Below, one piece after another: positions 40,099-50,291 of a stretch of DNA of 64,000 nt; positions within the stretch are counted from its first letter, which is position 1; each line of letters starts with the position of its first letter. The notes under the pieces were generated by a model, which saw only the letters and a list, made by a program, of their open reading frames with translations, searched no databases and was not told the DNA's origin. This stretch comes from Bdellovibrionales bacterium (GTDB lineage Bacteria > Bdellovibrionota > Bdellovibrionia > Bdellovibrionales > JAUICD01), in NCBI GenBank assembly GCA_965203275.1, contig OZ241865.1:1056001-1120000 (forward strand). The letters are read 5' to 3'. Position numbers and translations under genes: made by a program.

Positions 40099-42546
40099 TT
40101 AATCGGTTATGTCGTCTGAGGATAACTCAGAAGGCCCTGGATGATTAATATTGCCAGTGCCACCACCACTTGCTTTTGGCCATTTACACTGGATCTCTCT
40201 TTTATTGCCACACTGGGTAAGTCTTGTATGTGGTTTGTTACGGCAAGTCCACCGATGGTGGGTGGCATTGTCTCCTGGATGTGGATGATGGACTCCTTCA
40301 GAACATTTATTATTTATGTTGCCACACACACCACAGACACTTCTGTCAGTCTTATCTCTACTACACCTGACCTCTCTTTTATTGCCACATTTAGCAAGTC
40401 TTGTATGTGGACGATTACGACAAGTCCACCGATGGTGGGTGGCATTAGCTCCTGGGTGTGGATGAACTACTCCAGCAGAACATGTATTAGCTTTTGAGCC
40501 ACAACGTCCGCAGACAGTATTGTCAGCTCTTTCTTTACTACACCTCACCTCTTTTTTATTACCACACTTAGCAATTTTTGTATGTGGACGATTACGACAA
40601 GTCCATCGATAGTGAGTGGTGTTATGACCAGGGTGCGGGTGACGTGTTCCGGACACACATGCATTGACTGTGTTGCCACACTCTCCACAGACACCATTGA
40701 CAGCATTCGGCTTACTACACCTAACCTCTCTTTTATTACCACACTGGGCAAGTCTTGTATGTGGTTTGTTACGGCAAGTCCAGCGATAGTGAGTGGCATT
40801 AGCTCCTGGGTGCGGGTGATGGCTTCCAGCAGAACATGTATTGGCTTTTGAACCACAACGTCCGCATTTCACCGATTTGCTGACAGGCTTTTTCTTACTA
40901 CACCTGATCTCTCTTTTATTGCTACACTGGGCAAGTCTTTTATGTGGCTTGTTACGGCAAGTCCACCGATAGTGGGTGGCATTAGCTCCTGGGTGCGGGT
41001 GATGGCTTCCAGCAGAACATGTATTTGGCTTTGAACCACAACGTCCGCATTTCACCGATTTGCTGACAGGCTTTTTCTTACTACACCTGATCTCTCTTTT
41101 ATTACTGCACTTGGCATTTTTGGTATGTGGCTTGTTACGGCAAGTCCATCGATAATGAGTGGCATTAGCTCCTGGATGTGGATGAACTACTCCAGCAGAA
41201 CATGTATTTGGCTTTGAACCACAACGTCCGCATTTCACCGATTTGCTGACAGGCTTTTTCTTACTACACCTGATCTCTCTTTTATTACTGCACTTGGCAT
41301 TTTTGGTATGTGGTTTGTTACGGCAAGTCCATCGATAATGAGTGGCATTAGCTCCTGGATGTGGATGAACTATTCCAGCAGAACATGTATTTGGCTTTGA
41401 ACCACAACGTCCGCATTTCACCGATTTGCTGACAGGCTTTTTCTTACTACACCTGATCTCTCTTTTATTACTGCACTTGGCATTTTTGGTATGTGGCTTG
41501 TTACGGCAAGTCCATCGATAATGAGTGGCATTAGCTCCTGGATGTGGATGAACTACTCCAGCAGAACATGTATTTGGCTTTGAACCACATTTTCCACAAG
41601 TCACTGGTTTGCTGACAGGCTTTTTCTTACTACACCTGATCTCTCTTTTATTACTGCACTTGGCATTTTTGGTATGTGGTTTGTTACGGCAAGTCCACCG
41701 ATGGTGAGTGGCATTGTCTCCTGGATGTGGATGAAGTGTTCCAACAGAACATGTATTGGGCTTTGAACCACATTTTCCACAAGCCACTGGTTTGCTGACA
41801 GGCTTTTTCTTACTACACCTGATCTCTCTTTTATTACTGCACTTGGCATTTTTGGTATGTGGTTTGTTACGGCAAGTCCACCGATGGTGAGTGGCATTGT
41901 CTCCTGGATGTGGATGAAGTGTTCCAACAGAACATGTATTGGGCTTTGAACCACATTTTCCACAAGCCACTGGTGTTGGGCTTTTTATTGGTGATGGACT
42001 TGGTCTTGGTGATTCTGCAACGTTAGCTATCGATCTAGAATGATAAATCCAAGTACCTTCTCTATCTGTTTGCACATTCCAGGTGAATTGAGGATTGCTG
42101 TTACAATTGTTAAGAATTTGTACAACACTGATCTCGCTACTTCCTTGACAGCCTGTGGCAATTCTCTTTTTACAGTAAGCAATATTAACTTTTGAAATTT
42201 GATTTGGGTTGGTAATACAATCTTGATCTATTGGACAGTAATATCCGTAACGCCAAGACCTGCTAGAATGACTGTGGTATCTTAAATCATCTATTACATC
42301 ATCTATAAAATCATAATTATTACAAGCATTCTCATCAGGTGGTAACATGCCAATAAATGGCTCTGGAGTGTCCTCTGGCACTGCTGGTGGTATATATTGG
42401 GAGGGGGTCACTATTTGAGGGGAAGCAGATGTAGAAACACTTTGAGTAGGATTATTTTTTGATTCACAATTGTTAAATTGTAAGCCAAGTAGAGCAAAAG
42501 ATATAATGATCACAATAAGAGAAAATTTTTTTCCTTTTATTTCCAT
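40099..42546 (-). CDS. Cys/His-rich tandem-repeat putative lipoprotein
   Basis: FNNC signal end; ten ~61-aa repeats CGxCG...C...HPHPG...RWTC...C...C with 183-bp DNA period. Confidence 0.88.
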   Translation of the reverse strand: MEIKGKKFSLIVIIISFALLGLQFNNCESKNNPTQSVSTSASPQIVTPSQYIPPAVPEDTPEPFIGMLPPDENACNNYDFIDDVIDDLRYHSHSSRSWRYGYYCPIDQDCITNPNQISKVNIAYCKKRIATGCQGSSEISVVQILNNCNSNPQFTWNVQTDREGTWIYHSRSIANVAESPRPSPSPIKSPTPVACGKCGSKPNTCSVGTLHPHPGDNATHHRWTCRNKPHTKNAKCSNKREIRCSKKKPVSKPVACGKCGSKPNTCSVGTLHPHPGDNATHHRWTCRNKPHTKNAKCSNKREIRCSKKKPVSKPVTCGKCGSKPNTCSAGVVHPHPGANATHYRWTCRNKPHTKNAKCSNKREIRCSKKKPVSKSVKCGRCGSKPNTCSAGIVHPHPGANATHYRWTCRNKPHTKNAKCSNKREIRCSKKKPVSKSVKCGRCGSKPNTCSAGVVHPHPGANATHYRWTCRNKPHTKNAKCSNKREIRCSKKKPVSKSVKCGRCGSKPNTCSAGSHHPHPGANATHYRWTCRNKPHKRLAQCSNKREIRCSKKKPVSKSVKCGRCGSKANTCSAGSHHPHPGANATHYRWTCRNKPHTRLAQCGNKREVRCSKPNAVNGVCGECGNTVNACVSGTRHPHPGHNTTHYRWTCRNRPHTKIAKCGNKKEVRCSKERADNTVCGRCGSKANTCSAGVVHPHPGANATHHRWTCRNRPHTRLAKCGNKREVRCSRDKTDRSVCGVCGNINNKCSEGVHHPHPGDNATHHRWTCRNKPHTRLTQCGNKREIQCKWPKASGGGTGNINHPGPSELSSDDITD

Positions 42547-43080
42547 CTTTTTTCAACCTTCAAATTTTATCCTTTCATCAAGCCAAAATCTTACCTATTT
42601 ACTTTATCGGCAAGTTTCTTGAAAATTTTTAATTTTTTAATTTAAAAAATTATTTTAATGCCTTAAAACACATCTCTATGAAATGATGAGAATTTTTCTG
42701 GAGGGAAAATGCTATCCTGAAAAGATGATGTTTGCTTCTTTATGTAATTTGGTATGATATTGATTTATGTGTCTTTCAGGCTTTTTTAAGACTAAAAACT
42801 GATAGGAATTAAGGTACTAGCACATCAATTGGATTTTCCTCTAAATAATGCTAGATAAAGGTATAATGATATAAAATAGAGGTATTAAAAGATGATTTCC
42901 TCAGGATGGTTTGAAATTTAGTTTTTTATTTGTGTTATATGGCTCTATAAACTCAGGATTTAATTTCTTGCATATAAATATAAAATTAGATTATTTATAG
43001 CATTTCTTATATTGTCTTCTTTGTATATGATGGGTCATAAACTATATCCCTTTGAAAAATTAAACAAATGGCAAAGACTA

Positions 43081-43809
43081 TTAAGAGAGGTATATGCCAC
43101 CAAAACGTCTTTTTCTCTTACGATAGGCATCGATTATATAACTTAAATCGCCTTCTGAAAAATCAGGCCATTGTTTTTTGGTAAAAAATAACTCTGCATA
43201 AGAAGCCTTCCAAAGCAAGAAATTAGAAAGCCGTTTTTCTCCACTGCTACGGATAATGATGTCTGGGTTTGGTAAAAAACTTGTTTCTAAGTGTTGATCT
43301 ATTAGGTTTTCTGTTATATCAGTCTGCTTGATTCGACCTGACAGAACATCTCTTACAATATCTTGCATCACAGATGCGATCTCCTGTTTGCCCCCATAAT
43401 TCAGGGCAAGGGTTAGAGTCATGCCTTTATTGTGACTTGTTGTTTCAATGCAATTTTTAAGTTTATTTTGTATGTGGATAGGTAATTTTTGAGTTTGTCC
43501 GATACTGCAAAGGCGGATGTTATTTTTCATCATTGTATAAATTTCACGATCTAGATATTTGTTAAGAAGCTTCATTAAGATATTGATTTCTTCTTGTGGT
43601 CGTTTCCAGTTTTCTGTACTCAATGCAAAAAGAGTTAAATATTTGATTTGTTTTTGAAAAGCAGCTTTCACTGTGGCTTTTACAGCCTTAGCTCCTCTAA
43701 CATGCCCATAAATACGAGGATAACCTCTTTTTTCAGCCCATCTTCCATTGCCATCCATAATTATTGCAATATGCTTAGGAATTTTCACGCCTTTAGCCTT
43801 CCTATTCAT
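43081..43809 (-). CDS. uppS: Undecaprenyl diphosphate synthase
   Basis: HIAIIMDGNGRWA, STENWKRP, RLSNFLLW. Confidence 0.97.
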   Translation of the reverse strand: MNRKAKGVKIPKHIAIIMDGNGRWAEKRGYPRIYGHVRGAKAVKATVKAAFQKQIKYLTLFALSTENWKRPQEEINILMKLLNKYLDREIYTMMKNNIRLCSIGQTQKLPIHIQNKLKNCIETTSHNKGMTLTLALNYGGKQEIASVMQDIVRDVLSGRIKQTDITENLIDQHLETSFLPNPDIIIRSSGEKRLSNFLLWKASYAELFFTKKQWPDFSEGDLSYIIDAYRKRKRRFGGIYLS

Positions 43810-43812
43810 TGG

Positions 43813-44755
43813 GTTGTTTCAGTTGTTTCACTCAAAGTGAACTGACCTCTGGTCACTTTCTGGCGATGACCACGATGGCTTTCGCCATCGATAAAATGGT
43901 CATCGCCTAGAAAGCCTGTTCACTTTGAGTAGGGAGGATATCCTCGTTTTTTTACTACATGTTAAGGGTTTGTTTCACTAAAAGTAAACCAACCTCTGGT
44001 TGCTTTTGGACATTGCTCTGACAGCTATCGCTGTCCAAAAAGAGCAATGTCGTTGGTTCACTAAAAGTGGTCTAGCCTCTGGCTACTTTCTGGCAATGAC
44101 CGCAATGGCTTTCGCCATTGGCAAAATGGTCATTGCCTAGAAAGCTTGACCACTTTTAGTAGGGAGGATCCCTTCGTCCCTTAACTTCATATTAAGGAAA
44201 AAGTCCTTTCTTACACCTTTTGACCACGATGGCTTTCGCCATCGATAAAATGGTCATCGCCTAGAAAGCCTGTTCACTTTGAGTAGGGAGGATATCCTCG
44301 TTTTTTTACTACATGTTAAGGGTTTGTTTCACTAAAAGTAAACCAACCTCTGGTTGCTTTTGGACATTGCTCTGACAGCTATCGCTGTCCAAAAAGAGCA
44401 ATGTCGTTGGTTCACTAAAAGTGGTCTAGCCTCTGGCTACTTTCTGGCAATGACCGCAATGGCTTTCGCCATTGGCAAAATGGTCATTGCCTAGAAAGCT
44501 TGACCACTTTTAGTAGGGAGGATCCCTTCGTCCCTTAACTTCATATTAAGGAAAAAGTCCTTTCTTACACCTTTTGACCACGATGGCTTTCGCCATCGGT
44601 AAAATGGTCATCGCCTAGAAAGCCTGTTCACTTTGAGTAGGAAGGATATCCTCGTTTTTTTACTACATGCTAAGGAAAAAGTTCCTTCTGTTGCCGGTTT
44701 GCCGGATGCCGGAAAAAAGACCTTTTTATTTCTTTATACCATGTTAATGAAAGTT
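43813..44755. repeat. Structured repeat cluster 7: module A array with 354-bp higher-order tandem repeat
   Basis: TGACCACGATGGC at 43867, 44221 and 44575. Confidence 0.93.
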
Positions 44756-44775
44756 CTCTACATCAAAGCATAGAA

Positions 44776-45450
44776 TTATTCGTGGCTTTCCATTGTTTTA
44801 AAAAGACTCTCAGCTAGCTCTTTTTTACTTTCTACTTTTTGAAAAAGTTTTTTATTTTTATAAATCTCAGCTTTATGTTTTTCACCTTTAATTTCTGATA
44901 GCCTATTGTGAACCACAATATCAACAGTGTCACAATATAGTATCTCTTTGATTTGATTTGTTTCTTCTTGAACATTATTGGTATCTGTTAATTTAAACCC
45001 CGCCACAAGAATACTTTTATTTTGAGAAAGAGCTTTTAATTGAGGTAAAAGTTTAGGGTTTTGTTTTAACTTTAAGGTCAAGCTTTGACAAGCTGTTATT
45101 TTTTTTACACTCTGCATACGTGTTATACGATGATCTTCCATCAAAATATCAGAGATACAATAATCTCCCACAGCAGCTAAATGAATGACTGCATCAAAAT
45201 GATTTAAAGAAAGCTGTGAGCTTAAAGCTCTTTGCAAATCTCTATAAGTTGTAAAAGGAATAACCACAGTAGATTCTTTGATCTCATCAGGGATAGACAC
45301 ATCAGAAGCTATTAATAAAGTCACTTTTTGATGAAACTGAACAAAAGCTTGAGCTAAAAAAAGCCCTGTTTGTCCTGTGCTGATATTGCTAATGTAGCGA
45401 ACAGAATCAATAAACTCTTTTGTGCTACCAGCTGTGATCAGAAGTTTCAT
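44776..45450 (-). CDS. coaB: Phosphopantothenate--cysteine ligase (CoaB/DFP C-terminal domain)
   Basis: LITAGSTKEFIDSVRYISNISTG, HLAAVGDY, GFKL. Confidence 0.8.
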   Translation of the reverse strand: MKLLITAGSTKEFIDSVRYISNISTGQTGLFLAQAFVQFHQKVTLLIASDVSIPDEIKESTVVIPFTTYRDLQRALSSQLSLNHFDAVIHLAAVGDYCISDILMEDHRITRMQSVKKITACQSLTLKLKQNPKLLPQLKALSQNKSILVAGFKLTDTNNVQEETNQIKEILYCDTVDIVVHNRLSEIKGEKHKAEIYKNKKLFQKVESKKELAESLFKTMESHE

Positions 45451-45454
45451 CGTT

Positions 45455-46357
45455 TCACCTACTTCTATTAACATTTAACTCTACAAGCTGAACTAGATGC
45501 GTTATATCGAGGTTCTCAGCTATAGGTTCTAAAGCTTTTATAGCATTAAGAGAATAATCTTGCAGTTTTTTTTTAGCTTTGTGAAACCCCCACCTTTGAA
45601 CACAATTTATAGATGGTACTGTATGGCTATCAGTAGAATCAAAATCCTCTAAATCATCTGCAATTTGAAAAGCTATACCTAAATTTTGTGCAAATTTTTC
45701 TAAATGAGTTACTACCAAAGTGCGAGCTTTTAATAAAGTAGCTGTTCCTACCACAGGGGCTAAAATCAAAGCTCCTGTTTTAAGAGTATAAAGCTTTTCT
45801 AAATCTAAATGAGCATGATTTTTAGCTTGTAGATCCATCATTTGACCAGAGATCATCCCCTGTCCACCTGCTGCTAAAGCTAGTAACTCTACCAAAGCCT
45901 TTGCATGGATAGGATAATAAGCGACTAATGAAAACGCTTCTGTCAAAAGAGTATCACCAACTAAAATAGCAGTCGCTTCATCAAAAGCTTTGTGTAATGA
46001 AAGGCGACCACGTCGTTGTGAGGCATTGTCCATAGCTGGCAAATCATCATGGACTAAAGAGTAGGTATGAATAAATTCCACCCCACAAGCAAAAGGTAAT
46101 ACAAAATGCATGTTTTCTTTTTGTATAGATTCTTTTGTCAGCAAGGATTTTGTATTCAAGGACTTTGCTACCGAAAGAGCTAATAATACACGAAATCTTT
46201 TACCGCCTTTAAGTGCATATTTAATGGCTTTAATCAATTGCTTATTTTCAGGAGGAATTTTTTGTTGATAGGTGTTGATCCAATCCTGAAGAAATTTATC
46301 AAAAAGAACCACCATCTCTTGAAAAGAAGTATTTTTAAGTAATGCAGGTTTAGACAT
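45455..46357 (-). CDS. ispA: Farnesyl diphosphate synthase (polyprenyl synthetase)
   Basis: GGKRFR, HTYSLVHDDLPAMD, KTGAL, FQIADD; follows xseB. Confidence 0.92.
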   Translation of the reverse strand: MSKPALLKNTSFQEMVVLFDKFLQDWINTYQQKIPPENKQLIKAIKYALKGGKRFRVLLALSVAKSLNTKSLLTKESIQKENMHFVLPFACGVEFIHTYSLVHDDLPAMDNASQRRGRLSLHKAFDEATAILVGDTLLTEAFSLVAYYPIHAKALVELLALAAGGQGMISGQMMDLQAKNHAHLDLEKLYTLKTGALILAPVVGTATLLKARTLVVTHLEKFAQNLGIAFQIADDLEDFDSTDSHTVPSINCVQRWGFHKAKKKLQDYSLNAIKALEPIAENLDITHLVQLVELNVNRSR

Positions 46358-46369
46358 TTTTGTACCTAT

Positions 46370-47780
46370 ATTCACTAAAAGTAAACTAGCCTCTGGCTAC
46401 TTTTGGGTTGCCAGCCCGACGGCTCTCGCCGTCGATCAAAGGCTGATTGCCTCAAAAATCCGTTTATTTTTAGTAGGAAGAATCCTCTTGTCTCTTTACA
46501 CGATGTTAAGGAAACAAGATATCCACTCCCGGGATCAGGCAATCAGGCATCCCGGGATCTGATGCCGGGTTGCCGGATCCCGGATCCCGGATAAATATCA
46601 TGTTAAGGAAAAAGTTCCTTCTGTTTCACTGTTTCACTAAAAGTAAACTAGCCTCTGTTTCACTCAAAGTGAACTGGCCTCTGGCCACTTTCTGGCGATG
46701 ACCACGATGGCTTACGCCGTTGACAAAATGGTCATCGCCTAGAAAGCCTGTTCACTTTGAGTAGGGAGGATCTCCTCGTTTTTTTACTACATGTTAAGGA
46801 AACAAGCTATTTGTTTCACTCAAAATAAATCATGCCTCTGGCATGTTTTCTGGCAGTTAGCCCGACGGCTCACGCCGTCGATCAAAGGCTAACTGCCTAG
46901 AAAATCCATTTATTTTTAGTAGGAAGAATCCTCTTGTCTCTTTACACGATGTTAAGGAAACAAGATATCCACTCCCGGGATCAGGCAATCAGGCATCCCG
47001 GGATCTGATGCCGGGTTGCCGGATCCCTGATCCCGGATCCCGGATAAATATCATGTTAAGGAAAAAGTTCCTTCTGTTTTACTGGTTCACTAAAAGTAAA
47101 CTAGCCTCTGGCTACTTTCTGGCAATGACCGCAATGGCTTTCGCCATTGGCAAAATGGTCATTGCCTAGAAAGCTTGACCACTTTTAGTAGGGAGGATCC
47201 CTTCGTCCCTTAACTTCATGTTAAGGAAAAAGTCCTTTCTTACACCTTTTGACCACGATGGCTTTCGCCATTGGCAAAATGGTCATCGCCTAGAAAGCCT
47301 GACCACTTTTAGTAGGGAGGACCTCCTCATCTCTTTACACGATGTTAAGGAAACAAGACATTCACTCCCGGTATCTTGGATCTGGCACTGGCATCCCGGG
47401 TTCCGGGACTTGATGCCGGTTTGCCGGATACCAGATCCCAGAAAAAGGATCCCTTTATGTCTTTATACCATGTTAAGGAAATAAACTATTTGTTTTTTTG
47501 TTTTTTTATTTTCTTTTAGATTCTGCGTAATTTTCAAAAAAGCATGAGTATTATGAGTGGGAGGCGGGGGCAGGCTGAAGATCTTCCGCAGACCCGCTTG
47601 CTCCCTAAAAACATTTTAGAAGCATATCTTGTTTCCCTAACATGGTGTAAGAAGCAAGGAGATCCTCCTCTACTCAAAATGAGCGGATTTTTTAGGTGTT
47701 GCCTATTTTGTCAAAGGCGTAAGCCTTTGCAGGCAACACCAAAAAACACACCAGAGGTGTGGCTCATTTTGAGTGAAAAA
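46370..47780. repeat. Structured repeat cluster 8: 1.4-kb array of modules A, C and partial B
   Basis: ATGTTAAGGAAA at about 46503, 46600, 46791, 46949, 47053, 47218, 47342, 47470; inverted A copy ~47625-47780. Confidence 0.93.
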
Positions 47781-47795
47781 AATAGATGTTCTCTG

Positions 47796-48020
47796 TTAAT
47801 TTTGAACCGAAGTTAAAGGCTCTGTTTGAGCCTGACCTGTTTCATCCACACTTAAAAGCATTTTGACTTTTTGTTCCGCTTGATGAAGCTTCTCATTGCA
47901 ATCTTTAGAAAGACGTACACCTTCTTCAAAAGCTTTTAAAGATTCATCTAACGACAAATCACCAGATTCTATTTTCTCTACAATGTCTTCTAATTTTTTT
48001 AAATTATTTTCAAAATCCAT
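47796..48020 (-). CDS. xseB: Exodeoxyribonuclease VII small subunit
   Basis: FENNLKKLEDIV...LSLDESLKAFEEG...AEQKV. Confidence 0.96.
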   Translation of the reverse strand: MDFENNLKKLEDIVEKIESGDLSLDESLKAFEEGVRLSKDCNEKLHQAEQKVKMLLSVDETGQAQTEPLTSVQN

Positions 48021-48051
48021 ACAACCTCCTCAGGTATTCAGTATAAAAAAC

Positions 48052-49401
48052 TTAATGATGTTTTTGTTTAATTTCTGCCTCTGCCTTCCCTTGAGCAAAG
48101 GTGATCTGCACTACATCGCCTAATTTTATATTTTGAACAGATGTGATAATCTTTGGTTCTTTAAGCAATTTCACAATAGAATAACCTCTGGTCATTACTT
48201 TTAATGGACTTAAGGAGTCTAAAAGTTCTGCTTGATTTTGTAAAGCGAGTTTTTTATTAGCTAAAAAATAATCCATGCCTTTTCTTAGGTTTTCAGATAA
48301 GGAGTTTAATTTCTGTGCCTCTATTTGCCACGTTTGATCTATACGGGTTAATTTTTCTCTATTATTGTTATACCTTTCCCTTAGGAGTCTTAAAGTGTAT
48401 TGAAAGGCTTTTTGCAATCTTTGAAGAAGCTCATCATTTCTTTGGAAAAGTTCTTGTAAAACTTTTTGAGGGTCTTTGAGCCTTTTTGATAACTGCAAAT
48501 ATTTTTGTTGATGTTTTGCAATATGGCTGTGCATGGCATTTGTGAATCGGCAAGTTAAGTGATGAATAGTTTCTTTTATTTCTGTTTTATCTGGTACAAG
48601 AATTTCGGCTGCTACAGAAGGAGTGGGGGCCCGTTGATCAGCCACAAAATCAGAAAGTGTGAAATCAACCTCATGCCCTATAGCTGATACGATAGGAATG
48701 CTAGAAAAGGCTATACATCTAGCCACATCTTCATTATTAAAGCACCAGAGATCTTCCATAGAACCTCCTCCTCTAGCTACAACCATCACATCAAAAGCAG
48801 GTCTGACTTGATGAGCTAAATCAATAGCTCTAATAATTTCAGGGACAGCAGCTTCCCCTTGAACAAGAGTAGGAATTAAAGTGATCTCTAAACCTTGAAA
48901 CCGTCGAGTGAGAACATTGAGCAGATCTTTAATCACAGCCCCTGTAGGAGATGTGACAAGAGCTATTCTTTGAGGATACTTAGGTAGAGGTTTTTTACGT
49001 TCTAGATCAAAGAGTCCTTCGGATTGCAATTTTTGTTTAACCTGTTCAAATTGAGCTTGCAAAGCCCCTTGACCAACTGGTTGCATTTGATAGCACAAAA
49101 GCTGGTACTCTCCCCTTTTAATAAAGGTACTCACAGAAGCTCTGACAAGGACCTCCATGCCATCTTCCGGTGAAAACTCAAGTTTCAGGTTATAACTCTT
49201 AAACATCACAGCCCTAATTTGAGATTTACTATCTTTAAGAGAGAAATAACAATGCCCAGAAGAATGCCTCTTAAAATTAGAAACCTCCCCTTGTACCCAT
49301 ATTCTAGGAAAGTGACCTTCAAGCTGGGATTTAATAACAGTGTTGATCTGCGTAACAGAATAAGTTGGTTGATCCTCATCAGTGGTGTGAAGTATTGTCA
49401 T
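48052..49401 (-). CDS. xseA: Exodeoxyribonuclease VII large subunit
   Basis: GEVSN...SGHCYFSLKD, ARGGGSMEDL, IGHEVDFT, APTPS. Confidence 0.97.
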   Translation of the reverse strand: MTILHTTDEDQPTYSVTQINTVIKSQLEGHFPRIWVQGEVSNFKRHSSGHCYFSLKDSKSQIRAVMFKSYNLKLEFSPEDGMEVLVRASVSTFIKRGEYQLLCYQMQPVGQGALQAQFEQVKQKLQSEGLFDLERKKPLPKYPQRIALVTSPTGAVIKDLLNVLTRRFQGLEITLIPTLVQGEAAVPEIIRAIDLAHQVRPAFDVMVVARGGGSMEDLWCFNNEDVARCIAFSSIPIVSAIGHEVDFTLSDFVADQRAPTPSVAAEILVPDKTEIKETIHHLTCRFTNAMHSHIAKHQQKYLQLSKRLKDPQKVLQELFQRNDELLQRLQKAFQYTLRLLRERYNNNREKLTRIDQTWQIEAQKLNSLSENLRKGMDYFLANKKLALQNQAELLDSLSPLKVMTRGYSIVKLLKEPKIITSVQNIKLGDVVQITFAQGKAEAEIKQKHH

Positions 49402-49763
49402 TGATATATCCCCTTTCTGGCTAGTTTGATTTCTTATCTCATAAGCTAAACTTATTTGTTTAATTTTCACGAATGTAGACTATCCGCAAGACAAGAATTT
49501 ATCAATAAAAAAAGCAATCCTTATGACGATCCTACCTAAGTATTGCTATCTTTTTATGATGAAATTTATGATGAAATCAATCATATTTTATTCCTAAGAC
49601 CATTCATAATTGTCTTGAATTATAGTTTTTTATAGTGTAAAATATAGTATATAACCAAGCTACGCTTTCAAGCTACGCTAAAAATTATTTAAACCGGTAG
49701 GCCATGACATGAATGCAGAAGTACTCACTCAATTTATTTTAATTTTATGAGGTTATTTATATT

Positions 49764-50180
49764 ATGAAAGTTATATTTATACTATGTACCTTATCTATAC
49801 TTTGCTTTTTCATATTGATAAATAGCAATAATCAATCAGTGGAACTCACATCTCAATCAATTACTCATGATAGTGAAGAGGTTGATTGTTACTGGCTAGA
49901 TAAAGAATATGATCGTATTGTCAGCTGGAATAATAAAAATGAGAGAGAGGTCACAGTCACGCCGGAAGGGCTTGTGATGACTGTTTTGACTGTAGTCACA
50001 CTACCTATTAGATGGATCGATGATTTTTTGAGCGAAGATGTTGAATATCATTTTTCTGATAATCCAGATGATGTCGTAGCAGCCGCAGAAAAAAAAGAAT
50101 GTTACGAGTTATTAGAAAAAATCAATCAAGATCGCATCAATGGTACTTACCCTCTTCCTCCAGAATCAAATCAGAAATAA
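49764..50180 (+). CDS. Hypothetical exported protein
   Basis: N-terminal hydrophobic segment, GAGG SD. Confidence 0.6.
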   Translation: MKVIFILCTLSILCFFILINSNNQSVELTSQSITHDSEEVDCYWLDKEYDRIVSWNNKNEREVTVTPEGLVMTVLTVVTLPIRWIDDFLSEDVEYHFSDNPDDVVAAAEKKECYELLEKINQDRINGTYPLPPESNQK

Positions 50181-50291
50181 CAAATATGTTTAATATTCTT
50201 TCTTCAAATAAAAGAGCAAATATTCATAAGGGGATTATAACTTAAGTTGAATAGAATAAACTAGAAGTTTATTTATGTTGCAAACATTCTC

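Noticed and set aside
43928..43960. GTAG-family REP elements
   Set aside because: GTAG follows P1 in many copies but is not invariant (GTAA at ~9318 and ~31536), the following hairpin is weak, and no RAYT gene is present
46490..46520. ATGTTAAGG site as a canonical dif/pdif or integron attC site
   Set aside because: It partly resembles the XerD arm TTATGTTAAAT, but no XerC-like arm lies 6 bp away; module A is not bounded by RYYYAAC...GTTRRRY; no integrase is seen
43813..47780. Repeat clusters as CRISPR arrays
   Set aside because: No constant repeat with unique spacers of uniform length; the intervening sequences are themselves repeated; no cas genes in the window
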